Below are positions 13,101-19,125 of a DNA stretch of 55,484 bases, one piece after another (the first letter of the stretch is position 1; every line of letters begins with the position of its first letter). The notes under the pieces were generated by a model that did no database searches, was not told the DNA's origin, and was given only the letters and a program-made list of their open reading frames with translations. This stretch comes from a virus (taxonomy: Duplodnaviria > Caudoviricetes). The position numbers were made by a program, and so were the translations under genes. The stretch covers positions 1-55,484 of the IMG/VR virus record IMGVR_UViG_3300050331_000110, one strand, 5' to 3'.

Positions 13101-16100
13101 GCGCAGAGTCGCGCTTTGCTTTCTCGTCAGCGGATTTCTTGGCGGCAGTTTCGCGCGCCAATACTTCGGCATTGGTGTAGCTTTGCAGAACCGGTGCTTC
13201 CTGCTCAAACAGCCCTTGATTATCAAAGAACCCTTCCGGCATGTTGCCGGCCGCATTCTTGGCTGCCTCGTCCAGCCAATCCCTTGGCAGGAATTTCGCC
13301 AGCTTTGCATCCAGCTTGGCCAGTTGATCGCGCACATAGCGCGAGGCGTCCTTCATTTCGTAGTAGCCAAGGCGGAAGGCGGCATCGAACATCTTGACCA
13401 GAACCGGCATCCACTTCGGCCTGTCCTCCGGCACGATGTTCATTACCCCGGCCATCCCGCGCAGCAGTGCGCCAGCCTCGGCAAGTGCCGATTCCATATC
13501 GGCCTGCGCCTGGGCGCGTGCATCCTGTCCTGTTGATTCGCGCGCATCCAGAATGGCTGCACGGTTGGTCTTGCTGATGAAAGCCCACCCGGCAGGCTTG
13601 ATGTCCAGCCCGGCCTTGGCAATGGCCTCCTTGCGTTGGTCGCTGGTGAGGGATTCCCACCAGGATTTTGACTCTACTTCTTGTTGCGTTCCTGCTTCGG
13701 CGGACCGGACTTCTTGAGCTGCTCGATCACCAGTTCGTCCTGCTTGGTCTTCGGCTCCCCGCTGAACATCCTGCCCAGCAGCGCCGCGCCCTGCGGACTG
13801 TCCCAAGTCTTGCGTCCCTGTGGTGTCATTGTCGAACCTCCTTAAAACATCCTCACGAACCGTACCCGTCCCGCCGAACATATCCCCGGCGGCATTGTGT
13901 GCAGCACCCTCGGCAGCGTAGTTCGCCGCTCCGTTCAGCGCCTCAGTGATGCGCTTGGCTGACCGCACGTTCTGCGCGAACATATCCAGCACCACCTGCA
14001 CACCATTAGAATGCGCCAAATCCTTCTGATTGGCAAGTTTTGTGACAGAAACACCTTGCCGGCCGGCATTCACCACGGCCGTTGCGGCCTCCACAATCAG
14101 CGGACGGATGTCCAAATCACCGGCACCTTCCAGCTTCATCATGGCCGGCGCCGCATTGGATAGCGCGGCGATCACGGTTCTGGCTTCCGGTTCGGTAGAT
14201 TGCACCGCCAGTTCTACCAGTTCCTCACTGCCATAGGCTTGATACAGACTCGCGCCGAGCACGCGATCCACGGCCTGCTTGGTCGGCACGCCATTTGGCG
14301 CCAGGTTCTGCCTTTCCCCTTCCGGCATGGCCTGAATAAAGCCGCGCATCGCCTCGGTGGTCGGCGTGCCGTTCTCGTTGAATGTCAGCGCGGCAATGTC
14401 CACCCTTCCGGCATCGTTGCGAGCCTGTTCGACCGCGGACAATCCAAGCGTGCCGGTGGTGTTGCTCTCGTCGCCGATACTTTCCGTCACATGCTCGGCA
14501 CCGATCAGGCGCACCAGTACCGGTTTTTTCATGCCGCGAATCACGCCAGCATTGATGCCATGCACGCCTTCCGCCTTGGCGATGGCCTCCTTGTATGCCA
14601 GTGCCGTGCCTTTGCTGTACGCCTCTATCACCCCGGCCGTGCGGCCGTTGTTGATCGCCACCAGCTTATAAGGATTGGCGGCATATTCCGGATTGCGCGC
14701 GCCGTCCGCAAAATTGGAAGTGGCGAGCTGGTCTGCCTCGACAACGGCATACCGGAACGGGATCTCGCGCTTCCCGGTAACTACCGCATCCTCATTGCCG
14801 ATATGCTTCACGACCCCCTTGTTTTCCAGGTCGGTCACAACAGGGGCGCCGTTCTCCATGGTTGGGGATGCCATCAGCAGGCGCGGGTTTGGATTGGCTG
14901 CGATGGCCTGCATCTGCAGCACAGAAGCCTTGCTGTTGCGATTGCGGTTTTGCAGGGATTGAATAACCGGGTTTGTTACTGCACCCCGCCCTGCGGCGGA
15001 GTCCAGTACAGCTCCACCTTGTCCAGCGCCGCCCACAGTTGCGCCGGTATCTGGTCGCAGTTCAGTTGATCGGCCAGCATCAATGCCTGCGCCTCCTGTT
15101 CGGTCAGCACTTCCAGCGGCATCCAGTACGGAAGTTCTTGGTGCAGCAGTCGTGCCATTGGCGGACTCCGGTTGTTGAGCGACATTCGCGGCCGGTTTTT
15201 TGATGGGCGCCGCGGGTTGTACCATTTCAGGCAGCTGCGGCAGACTATTAAGGTATTCGCGCTGCGCCACGTTCAGGTGCAGCACCTTCCCCTTGCTATT
15301 GACCAGTTTCTTTCCGCCTGCGGCCAGCCTGTAGCCGCCCAACAGGTATTCATCGACCTGGGCGATCTTCTGCTCAAGCGTGCGCTCCGCATTCGGCTTG
15401 GCTTGTGGATGGCCAGGAATGCCAAGATCCACGGCCGGCTCTTCCGGCATGGCATTGAACGCCTGATAAGCCTGTTCGCGCTTGGCGATGATGGCCTTCT
15501 CTTCGGGCGTGGGCATGGGATTGTTCGGGAATTCCGACTCGAGCGCGGCCAGGAATGAAATACCGGGCGTGCGCTCTTCTGGATTGGTATAGACATCATC
15601 CAGTAATTTAAGGCGTGCCGCGCGTGTTTCTTCGGCCTGCACGCCTGCGACTCTGGCATCCACAGACTCAAGCGCCGACTCGCGCTGGATACCTTGCAGG
15701 TTAATCAGGCCTGCGCGGCGCTGTTCTACATCGGCGCGCTCTTGTGCCACAAGGTCGGCCAGCTCATTGACTGCGCCGAAACCGGTTGTGCCTTGCGATA
15801 AGGCTCCGAATTCGCGCACAGGCGGCGTAGCCTCTTGCGCCGTAGCCGGATCATCCAGCAGATCGGTAGCGTCAAGCGAGGTTGCATCGTCGAACTTCTG
15901 CAGGGCCTCATCAACGGATGGCGCGGCGAGGATGTCTTCGGGGGTGGTAATTTCGTTTGCGGCAGAAATTAACCCCTTGTATTCGAGATTATTGCCTGGT
16001 GCTTTATTGTAGTTGTAGGCTGTTTCGGCGGCGCTTTGCGTGAAGCTGGATAGCGCCTCGATGGTAGCGTCAACGGCATCACCCTTTCCGGTTGCCGCCA

Positions 16101-17028
16101 TCTCGCCAAAGTATTCGCCAACACCTTCGCCAAGCGTTTCCATGCCAAGGCCGGTGCCGGCAATGCCAGCTTTTTTTCCGACCGACAGTGCGGACGTTGC
16201 AGCCTTTTCTCCGGCTGTGACTGCCGCCTTGTAGAGTGCCTTGTCTGCAGCCAATGCGGCATTGATCGTTGCGGGAGTTGACATATCCACCCCAGCATTG
16301 AGCAATACCTCGGCTTCTGCTCTTGCCCCGGCGCGTTTCGCCAACTGCCCACCAATGGCGTTAGCCGTGACTCCGCCCATTTTCAAAGTTGCAGCATCGA
16401 CCGCTGTTATCACCCCAGCCTTGACAGCACCCTCTTTAATTGCCTCGCCGCGCTCCGCCTCGGTAAATCCGCCTTCCGACTTTTCAAGAGCCTTGCCACC
16501 AGTTTCAAGCAGTGTGTTACCAAGGAACATGCCGCCAAGAAAACCAAGCGCGCCGCCTACTGCCGTTCCAACGCCAGGCGCAACCATTGTCCCAAGAGCC
16601 GCTCCCGTCTGCGCTCCAGCCAATCCGCCGCCAAGCGCAACAGCACTATTCGGCGCCTGCTCGGCAATCATTTGAACGGTTCCCATCTTATTGCGGCCGG
16701 CCGCGGCCAGCGTATCGCCGATCTGTCCAGCAACGCCTTGCTCACGGTCAATAGCGGCAATCTCTTCTTGCAGCTTGCGCTGTTCGGCTGGCGTGTTAAT
16801 GGCAGCGGATTCTTTGGATGCCGCAGCATAACCCTCTACATCGGCAAGGTCGCCGGTATAGGTATTCCCGGCCGCACCAACCATGCGCCCGGTTTGCTTG
16901 GCTCCGGTCCAAACATTTTTCACTGCACCGATCAAGCCGCTTGGAGCTTCGGATTCCTTCGGAATTAAATCGTCAAACGCTCCGGCAGATGAGGTGTTAC
17001 CAGGAATAAGATCGTCAAATGCGCCCAT
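1186..17028 (-). CDS. Giant polyvalent DarB-like virion/ejected protein (ParB-like, RelA/SpoT-like, N6-MTase, SNF2 helicase, HD hydrolase, metallopeptidase, PRTase, LPD38-like)
   Basis: 5280-aa uninterrupted ORF; motifs LQNRNR..GAPVV, RDLLRAT/GYRD/EIQI, ILEPGAGNG/GNPPF, AHAVGSGKT/DEAH/QREGRIIRQGN, PYITHP/HDTVED/KLAD, HEVAGH, VLVDDVSTMGGT; lies at the end of the structural operon. Confidence 0.92.
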   Translation of the reverse strand: MGAFDDLIPGNTSSAGAFDDLIPKESEAPSGLIGAVKNVWTGAKQTGRMVGAAGNTYTGDLADVEGYAAASKESAAINTPAEQRKLQEEIAAIDREQGVAGQIGDTLAAAGRNKMGTVQMIAEQAPNSAVALGGGLAGAQTGAALGTMVAPGVGTAVGGALGFLGGMFLGNTLLETGGKALEKSEGGFTEAERGEAIKEGAVKAGVITAVDAATLKMGGVTANAIGGQLAKRAGARAEAEVLLNAGVDMSTPATINAALAADKALYKAAVTAGEKAATSALSVGKKAGIAGTGLGMETLGEGVGEYFGEMAATGKGDAVDATIEALSSFTQSAAETAYNYNKAPGNNLEYKGLISAANEITTPEDILAAPSVDEALQKFDDATSLDATDLLDDPATAQEATPPVREFGALSQGTTGFGAVNELADLVAQERADVEQRRAGLINLQGIQRESALESVDARVAGVQAEETRAARLKLLDDVYTNPEERTPGISFLAALESEFPNNPMPTPEEKAIIAKREQAYQAFNAMPEEPAVDLGIPGHPQAKPNAERTLEQKIAQVDEYLLGGYRLAAGGKKLVNSKGKVLHLNVAQREYLNSLPQLPEMVQPAAPIKKPAANVAQQPESANGTTAAPRTSVLDAAGSADRTGGAGIDAGRSTELRPDTGATVGGAGQGGAVLDSAAGRGAVTNPVIQSLQNRNRNSKASVLQMQAIAANPNPRLLMASPTMENGAPVVTDLENKGVVKHIGNEDAVVTGKREIPFRYAVVEADQLATSNFADGARNPEYAANPYKLVAINNGRTAGVIEAYSKGTALAYKEAIAKAEGVHGINAGVIRGMKKPVLVRLIGAEHVTESIGDESNTTGTLGLSAVEQARNDAGRVDIAALTFNENGTPTTEAMRGFIQAMPEGERQNLAPNGVPTKQAVDRVLGASLYQAYGSEELVELAVQSTEPEARTVIAALSNAAPAMMKLEGAGDLDIRPLIVEAATAVVNAGRQGVSVTKLANQKDLAHSNGVQVVLDMFAQNVRSAKRITEALNGAANYAAEGAAHNAAGDMFGGTGTVREDVLRRFDNDTTGTQDLGQSAGRGAAGQDVQRGAEDQAGRTGDRAAQEVRSAEAGTQQEVESKSWWESLTSDQRKEAIAKAGLDIKPAGWAFISKTNRAAILDARESTGQDARAQAQADMESALAEAGALLRGMAGVMNIVPEDRPKWMPVLVKMFDAAFRLGYYEMKDASRYVRDQLAKLDAKLAKFLPRDWLDEAAKNAAGNMPEGFFDNQGLFEQEAPVLQSYTNAEVLARETAAKKSADEKAKRDSAPSPDEFLLTGSDRPADVGAAHGQASLLDLPSEKTSSAQAGSVNSDQAIIEQYSLPTDTVFSEGKGQLGRGKWIAQSGELAGNLMDSKGAAAKSLRETMDAQSGFAAQHEKIVAAQKAAADKIKDGENPTFSEWKAAFPQLQDGHTYLRQPEISPFLIEHFGLKRNGIKSGIGAAAGDITSDMGAKYPVVYFNKLAAVLVEQPSRKYAEAIRANTPHKPASEMSAAELLRAAADRMEAEARKSEDGHVQDRMTNADKKSDGRNFKLPALHEFVPGDVLQRAHDLIAKAPKAKDTTISAEDRAAAEAALKPLLAKAEKNKPEFDRMVVEIANEVGIGEMLAKVKGIGRAAEKLHIENRSAPDLFGVRRYETEKMRDLLRATIVVKSTDDIQAAIKAIREKFVLDRDRRGERLKDRFKEPDPLGYRDILINVVLKDGTKAEIQINIPAMLAAKDLGHELYEHSRVLRDDDPLKAELDDAQKALYAAAFARSPKKYSSDTENKYEIGALSIGQSDGSSPSSQSSLNQSSPILQKASPPSDSKNLVPTGNLSGNFISGSSKHTIAKNATISNNEASGSGKNTTQGAQHENEQPGARSTQAQGAGIDGGTAIERQSGSVHHGALGGNIVANDIPGASDSGQAGDERGAGNGADGDLQRRAAPSKGDRAGRAAGIPAGRDIPAKSGLNYHFTDSDLDYKGSWLVKARQNIEAIEIVKNLESEGRKATREEQAKLARFIGWGASDIRNKIFDPQIDRVKRAVDTYNDAHEWLTKNGKESLSRYDYASPYYTVTSMLNAAGHPVMYGQEVSKPMLENLLKDKDAIKWLELRDRLKGLLTDEEWATAERSTQYAHYTGKEVVNEMWRALDRLGFKGGAILEPGAGNGVFPGLMPSAVSNNSIYTGIEYDALTGAILKHLQPDERILVESFIDTALPDNFYDVAIGNPPFSDTKVLSDPRYKKNAFALHDYFFAKTMDKVKPGGLVMFVTSRYTMDKQGDKARQYLAERADLLGAIRLPETAFKKNAGTEVVTDILFLRKKVPGETFEGHDWMKLEKIKVKGGTHLINEYFAKNPDMVLGEGALDKNGMYAENQYTVLPNKSVPIEKLLTDAIDKLPKDAYRPEAGSSAQAAQVREIDWNPKAKKEGNYYVADDGRLMQIEGRVGVPANIALKSIPMVKDFVKLRDAVNQAQYDQLNDGDWEASLKALRNEYQSFVKKHGNILQNTVVERTTTEIDEDTGEKVEVVTPSRRFDLLNKLMDDPEYSKLYALESLNEETGEIKEGEFLHKRVLEMRKVANISTPHDALLSVLNDTGTVNLPLIAERIGLNEREVIEALGSSIYESPSQGWQMQDEYLSGNVKKKLKEAKEAAKADKRFERNVEALIAAQPAPVSPADITAALGMNWIPSEVYAQFLREKTGVKATVDYNEHTGQWRVDAISGYSTVQATSDWGTPQRNAADILEAGLTGRPIRVTRTEGSGSDKKTVFDANATEAANQKLKEMRQAFKDWMWQDSARTDKLVALYNDKFNTIVARKFDGRHLTLPGTTSTIPVFDHVKRGAWRVIQTGNTYLAHAVGSGKTWQMVISAMEQKRLGLINKPMMVVPNHMLQQFAQEWLQLYPAARLMVADEKQFHTENRRRFVTRAAMSDLDGVIITHSAFKLLDLDPEFKQKMIQEQLDQMEAAMEEMLDDEGVDDAKKSRSPRVRDIQNRIEKLEEKLKAAMSGEGKDKNVRFDEMGVDMLYVDEAHEFRKLAFTTTRQVKGISSTGSERAFDLWMKTRWLEQKKPGRSLVMASGTPITNTIAELYTVQRFMAPQVLEERGLQEFDAWASMFGEEHTAIEADASGKYSPVTRFSKFVNVPELTQMFREFADVLTSDHLAEMLGDKRPKLKEGNRRLVVTPAVEDYRAYKEVLASRLKKSRDWKPSRDEPNNPDPIIKIIGDGRLAAIDMRFIDPSLPSDPNSKLNQMIDGVIRSYKKYADFEYTDKKTGKVEEAKGATQMVFSDLGFGAGVAEHRGFNARAWFEKRLQGAGIPLSKVAFMSDYKKSDAKQKLFKDFNAGRVRILTGSSKNMGTGVNAQQRLRALHHLDTPWYPSDLEQREGRIIRQGNKNRRVRVFAYSTKDSYDTVMWQMLASKQRFIDQALSGDSSVRTLDDISEVSQFEMATAMTAGDPRAVQLAGLKADIEKYQRLYRAHEDNRMRMKESYMLAGNTIDVSERRLPEAEKLAAKVQDLSGDRFTAKAGKQVFDKRKEWGEALLAKLKQYTDSSKEGREVAGELSGFPVEIIGNIDRNNDGKVLGYYARLEMKVGEDGVILARDPIEDPVGMTIRATNALTAIARKPDEMRQSIADAKSKRGSLEGRMDAPFQFAQELADKTKEAAALEAEMVRDGQDKSDSELVQKAKAFADRHHGEIDQRRKFTNEPYITHPAGVVEVLKTVPHTEEMLAAAWVHDTVEDTKATIEDVRRELGDKVADLVAELTDEKTAGTREEREAAKRERSSKISAEAQTIKLADIIHNLSGLDRADDDFAARYRPAKALQVEMLTKGNADLLERARELSDSGEVMQSVSAQNAGQTVESVTQATARLRASWAGFKNVKVVRSVKEIPTELYLRALRAAKPIDQGTEGIYDPLTKTVYLIAGNIATPERAVWVAVHEVAGHGGIRMLDRGIAAALDHAGKNGFVRKLAKAIAADRGQTYSEKTHLDEAIAELTAAYVTGDHDAILSRYGVKVPVVMRNNLLGMLKRVADAVRAFVARMLGKQSEGVSDADVVAMLREQIRAVSESEQEGVQDTGGAVMASRTQNDNASSRSNAFTGEVMSDFRNDVTLKRHADYKAAKGGDIGAAVRLVSDLVKPESIEAARAKFGDDVAYLPVMALEASGKNQIPNALARHYVEQAGGMLATGILQTNKAYHTGADAMERLIARSEFGGKVVAGQKYVLVDDVSTMGGTLADLASYIQSQGGVVSGAVLLTNASRSGNITPDAKIVRSLEVRHGQAIRELFGVEPSALTSDEAQYLIGFRTTDELRTRAASASAERSRRILSKAQSKPADSEALDSPLASVAPSATGDIGLSYPGIRPPRQRSIPLQGGQAGSSASWDSPEPSMFDDLVYKLQDKNIDLKRVVEAVRSTGAQLAEKYNAYLQEELFHGRAAKRTQDFVNTELKPLLVEMQARGLTMDELDEYLHARHAKEANALIAQRDPNMQDGGSGMTNQEADDYFAKLPADKLKRLDATAAKVDSIIAKTRDLYVSYGLVSKDQADSWAQMFKHYVPLMREDHDGSMGIGQGFSIKGKEVKHRTGSTAAVVDIFANIAMQREKAIVRGEKNRVAVALAGLAKLNPNPDFWTFGKVPTERVLNETTGLVEERIDPTFKSRDNVVIAKIKDGNGQVHERAVIFNEHDERAMRMAQSMKNLDATELGGVLGVSAKITRYFASINTQYNPIFGFTNLVRDVQGAALNLTSTPLAKHKAEVMGYILSAAKGIYLDARAERKGHPATSRWAQLWEELQDEGGMTGYRDLYRNSADRAKAIEHELDPHGWVNSKWGKVFTADGTLKVPLTVAQDLATPIFDWLSDYNLMMEGSTRLAIYKTAIDNGLTKQQAASLAKNTTVNFNRKGQAGQQAGALYAFFNAAMQGTSRIGHTVFDMKGGDIKTLRLSKMGKAIVGGGVLLGVTQALALAAAGFDDDEPPEFMRERNLIFPIGGKRYISIPMPLGYHAITNLGRIPAEFALGGFKNPAEHVVRLIAVFAEAFNPIGSAGLSMQTIAPTAIDPFAALAENRDWTGKPIYKDDFNSMKPTPGFERNKDTASAWAKFMAEGVNWATGGTDYTPGAFSPTADQIDYLIGQVTGGVGRELSKAAQTGGAMVTGEDLPTHKIPLFGRFYGNTENQSSQGNKFYGNLKEINLLATELKGRRDDGVPTDEFKRDNPKYRLIVRAEHADRVVQKLRRQKREMIAKDATRESIKRIEDRITAEMLKFNEAVDQFEARAF
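3981..4166 (-). CDS. Nested 61-aa gene in the +1 frame, over the end of the PRTase domain
   Basis: GGAGGT RBS before ATG; MDKQSENSS...SERLTNSELGQLQQAQNEAVAYFQKLNPSLRILKH; promoter-like site upstream. Confidence 0.65.
   Translation of the reverse strand: MDKQSENSSALSQARSPVTKPNTSLVSERLTNSELGQLQQAQNEAVAYFQKLNPSLRILKH
4208..4236 (-). promoter_or_regulatory. Internal sigma70-like promoter inside the PRTase coding sequence
   Basis: CTGACA-17bp-TAACAT with extended TG, about 40 nt upstream of the nested ATG at 4166. Confidence 0.55.
11061..11354 (-). CDS. Nested 97-aa TnpV-like helical protein in the +1 frame
   Basis: AAGGAG RBS; LQSSGNLEAFIMER...KQGM...NAALHQAREIVLAEQL resembles TnpV from memory; the giant frame here is a low-complexity linker. 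Confidence 0.7.
   Translation of the reverse strand: MKTSNLVREALKHKAPELMAELQSSGNLEAFIMERSEEISSLTTSLAHQIAVKQGMNEVQGMERTAIYNAALHQAREIVLAEQLEFPPEETSRPSQD
11398..11430. promoter_or_regulatory. Overlapping divergent sigma70-like promoters inside the giant gene
   Basis: Plus strand TTGCTT(11402)-17-TATAGT(11425) with extended TG; minus strand TAGCAA-17-AATAAT; locally AT-rich. Confidence 0.65.
11450..11662 (+). CDS. Antisense nested 70-aa acidic protein, candidate antitoxin/immunity for the RelA/SpoT-like domain
   Basis: GGAGG at 11437-11441, own promoter; MKLPDKFPVGTKFFESEGGDAFCKIGDDWFRLD...; converges on the end of the synthetase domain. Confidence 0.72.
   Translation: MKLPDKFPVGTKFFESEGGDAFCKIGDDWFRLDCELGDEPSLCPMDNAPISYLFSVSEEYFLGDLAKAAA
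13674..13829 (-). CDS. Nested 51-aa basic protein in the +1 frame after the ParB-like domain
   Basis: TAAGGAGG RBS 7 nt before ATG; MTPQGRKTWDSPQGAALLGRMFSGEPKTKQDELVIEQLKKSGPPKQERNKK; below the ORF-track cutoff. Confidence 0.62.
   Translation of the reverse strand: MTPQGRKTWDSPQGAALLGRMFSGEPKTKQDELVIEQLKKSGPPKQERNKK
14976..15158 (-). CDS. Nested 60-aa protein in the +1 frame just before the ParB-like domain
   Basis: GGAG RBS; globular-looking MARLLHQELPYWMPLEVLTEQEAQALMLADQ...LDKVELYW while the giant frame is a Gly/Ala/Arg linker. Confidence 0.62.
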   Translation of the reverse strand: MARLLHQELPYWMPLEVLTEQEAQALMLADQLNCDQIPAQLWAALDKVELYWTPPQGGVQ

Positions 17029-17037
17029 GCTTTCCCT

Positions 17038-17664
17038 TTAGATTGGCTGGTATCCTGCCGCGGCAAGCCGCTTGTTTACATCGTCCCTGTTCGCCCCGCG
17101 CCGCACTGCATCCATGGCTTGCTCGCGCATTCCAGAGTTTCCACCACCTTGATTAATCTCCGACAACGGCTTCTTGTATTTGACGGTTTTGGTGCTTTCG
17201 GTGTTCGGATCAACGGTTTTCTCTTCAACATCGGCCATGCTCTCGCCCTTCACCGTATGGCCCAGCGCGGCAAGTTTGCTATCAACATCGGCGAGTGCTG
17301 TTGCGCGCCCTTCCCCGGTAAACCTCGCGGCGATACCGGCGCGCGTTTTCAGCAATCGCCCAATCTCTTCCTTGTCTTTCGCTTCTTTCTTCATCTCGTT
17401 CAGCTTGAGGCGGCGCACCTCTTCCTCCATCGGGTCGCGCTTTGCGGCAGAAATCAGCCCTTCCTGCCTGATTCTTTCCGGCAGGCGCTCCTTCTCCTTG
17501 CTGAACTTGTACTCGTCGATGGCCTTGGCCTTCTCCATCTCCATATCAAGAAGCTCTTTTTTTAGGTCGCGCTCCATCTGCGCCTTCTCTTCCATTGCGC
17601 CGGTTTCGGCCAGCCCCCTACCGGCTCCACCCAGCCCGGCGAAGATCAGACCCAAGCCGCTCAT
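17038..17664 (-). CDS. Putative internal virion/ejection protein
   Basis: Gly-rich N-terminus then coiled coil; directly upstream of the giant gene. Confidence 0.6.
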   Translation of the reverse strand: MSGLGLIFAGLGGAGRGLAETGAMEEKAQMERDLKKELLDMEMEKAKAIDEYKFSKEKERLPERIRQEGLISAAKRDPMEEEVRRLKLNEMKKEAKDKEEIGRLLKTRAGIAARFTGEGRATALADVDSKLAALGHTVKGESMADVEEKTVDPNTESTKTVKYKKPLSEINQGGGNSGMREQAMDAVRRGANRDDVNKRLAAAGYQPI

Positions 17665-18230
17665 TTTTGCGCCCCTTGTGCAATCAGCCCTTGCGCCTGC
17701 TGACCGCTGCCCTGGGTGAGCTGCACCATCGCCTGCTCGGCTTGTTGCGGATCAACCCCGAATGCGCTCATCAGGCCGAAGATGGTCTTCTCCATCGCAT
17801 CGCCTATCTCTTCATCGGAAATCTCAGCGATACCGGCGCGCTTCACGAAGTCTGCGGCGTGCATCAACAGCTCAAGCGCTACGGGGATAATCAGTTGCGG
17901 AGGGAGTGTGTTGTTGGATTCTTTCCAGATGTAGGTCATGATGCGCACCATGCCCACGCCCAACTTGTCGCCCATTGCGGCTGGATCGCCGGCAAGTTCC
18001 TTGACGATCAGGCTCCGGGTTTCTGGCGAGAACATGATTTTCATGCCAGCCAAGACCATTTTCTGATACGGCTTCTCCATTTCAGGAGGGATCTGCATCT
18101 TGGCGCGTACCGTTTCGATGTCCAACTTTCCCGCTCCTTGGCCTGGCGATTGCTCGGATGCGGAAATTTTACCCTCTTCCGTTTCCTGCATCAGTCCTGC
18201 ACCTTGCACTTCTGGCTGTTGTGGCTGCAT
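17661..18230 (-). CDS. Hypothetical virion-associated protein
   Basis: 189-aa ORF coupled within the structural operon. Confidence 0.6.
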   Translation of the reverse strand: MQPQQPEVQGAGLMQETEEGKISASEQSPGQGAGKLDIETVRAKMQIPPEMEKPYQKMVLAGMKIMFSPETRSLIVKELAGDPAAMGDKLGVGMVRIMTYIWKESNNTLPPQLIIPVALELLMHAADFVKRAGIAEISDEEIGDAMEKTIFGLMSAFGVDPQQAEQAMVQLTQGSGQQAQGLIAQGAQK

Positions 18231-18246
18231 GTTGTATCCCCTTGGA

Positions 18247-19122
18247 TTAAGCGACTCGCGGCATGTTTATCAGGCCGGGCGTAGGTGTTGCGGTAACGGT
18301 ACTGACGTTTACCGGCGGCACGGCATACGGGTTTGGCGCGTTCGGGTTGATTGCGCTGGTCACAGGCTGCGCGGCAAGGCTCTGGTTGTAGAGCTGGCGC
18401 AGCCGGTTAGCCTCGGCGATGTTGCCATTCTGCAAGGCGGTTCTCATTTCAGCCTCCATCTGCGCCTTTTCAGTTTCCCCGAAGTACCCAGCAACCCCTT
18501 GAACACTCTGGCCAAGCATCATCTTGGTTCCTGAATCTAGCCGCTTTATCTTGTCCCATGCTCCGCCTGCGGAATTCTTTGCTGTATCCAGCACACCTCC
18601 GGCCGCATTCCCCGTGTTTGCCGCGGCATTCTTCACCCCTGTGTTGATTAACCCGTCGGTCATGGACGATGGGTTTCCGCCCATGGCCAATTCCTTGGCA
18701 ACGCTCTGGTTGAGCGCGTTCGTTCCTGGCGTGGCGGCATTTAGCATATTGCCGGTATCGGCCACGTTCACGGCATCCATCACGCCCTTTTCCGCAGCCA
18801 TTGCATCAGCAGCTGCGCCGCTTGCCGTGCCTGCCGCGCTTCCGGCCTTGCCGACCGTATCTGCCGCCTTACCCCAATTCGCCACCCCTTCACCGAAGAA
18901 ACCGGAGCTACCAAGCGCTCCGGCACCAGCGGCGATGCCGCCCAGCATGGTGAGTTTTTTGTTGCCAGTGACAGACCCGGCAACCATCGCCACACCTCCG
19001 GCCATCTGCAATCCTGCCATGAGGCCAAGGCTTGCCCCGCCGGTGGGGATCGCCCCAGCAATCGCTACCGCACCCCCTACAATTCCCGCTACTGAACTCA
19101 TTTTTGCCCCCACTTTCTGCAT
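18247..19122 (-). CDS. Gly/Ala-rich DNA ejection (pilot-like) protein
   Basis: Hydrophobic Gly/Ala N-terminus typical of podophage ejection proteins; position. Confidence 0.65.
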   Translation of the reverse strand: MQKVGAKMSSVAGIVGGAVAIAGAIPTGGASLGLMAGLQMAGGVAMVAGSVTGNKKLTMLGGIAAGAGALGSSGFFGEGVANWGKAADTVGKAGSAAGTASGAAADAMAAEKGVMDAVNVADTGNMLNAATPGTNALNQSVAKELAMGGNPSSMTDGLINTGVKNAAANTGNAAGGVLDTAKNSAGGAWDKIKRLDSGTKMMLGQSVQGVAGYFGETEKAQMEAEMRTALQNGNIAEANRLRQLYNQSLAAQPVTSAINPNAPNPYAVPPVNVSTVTATPTPGLINMPRVA

Positions 19123-19125
19123 GAT

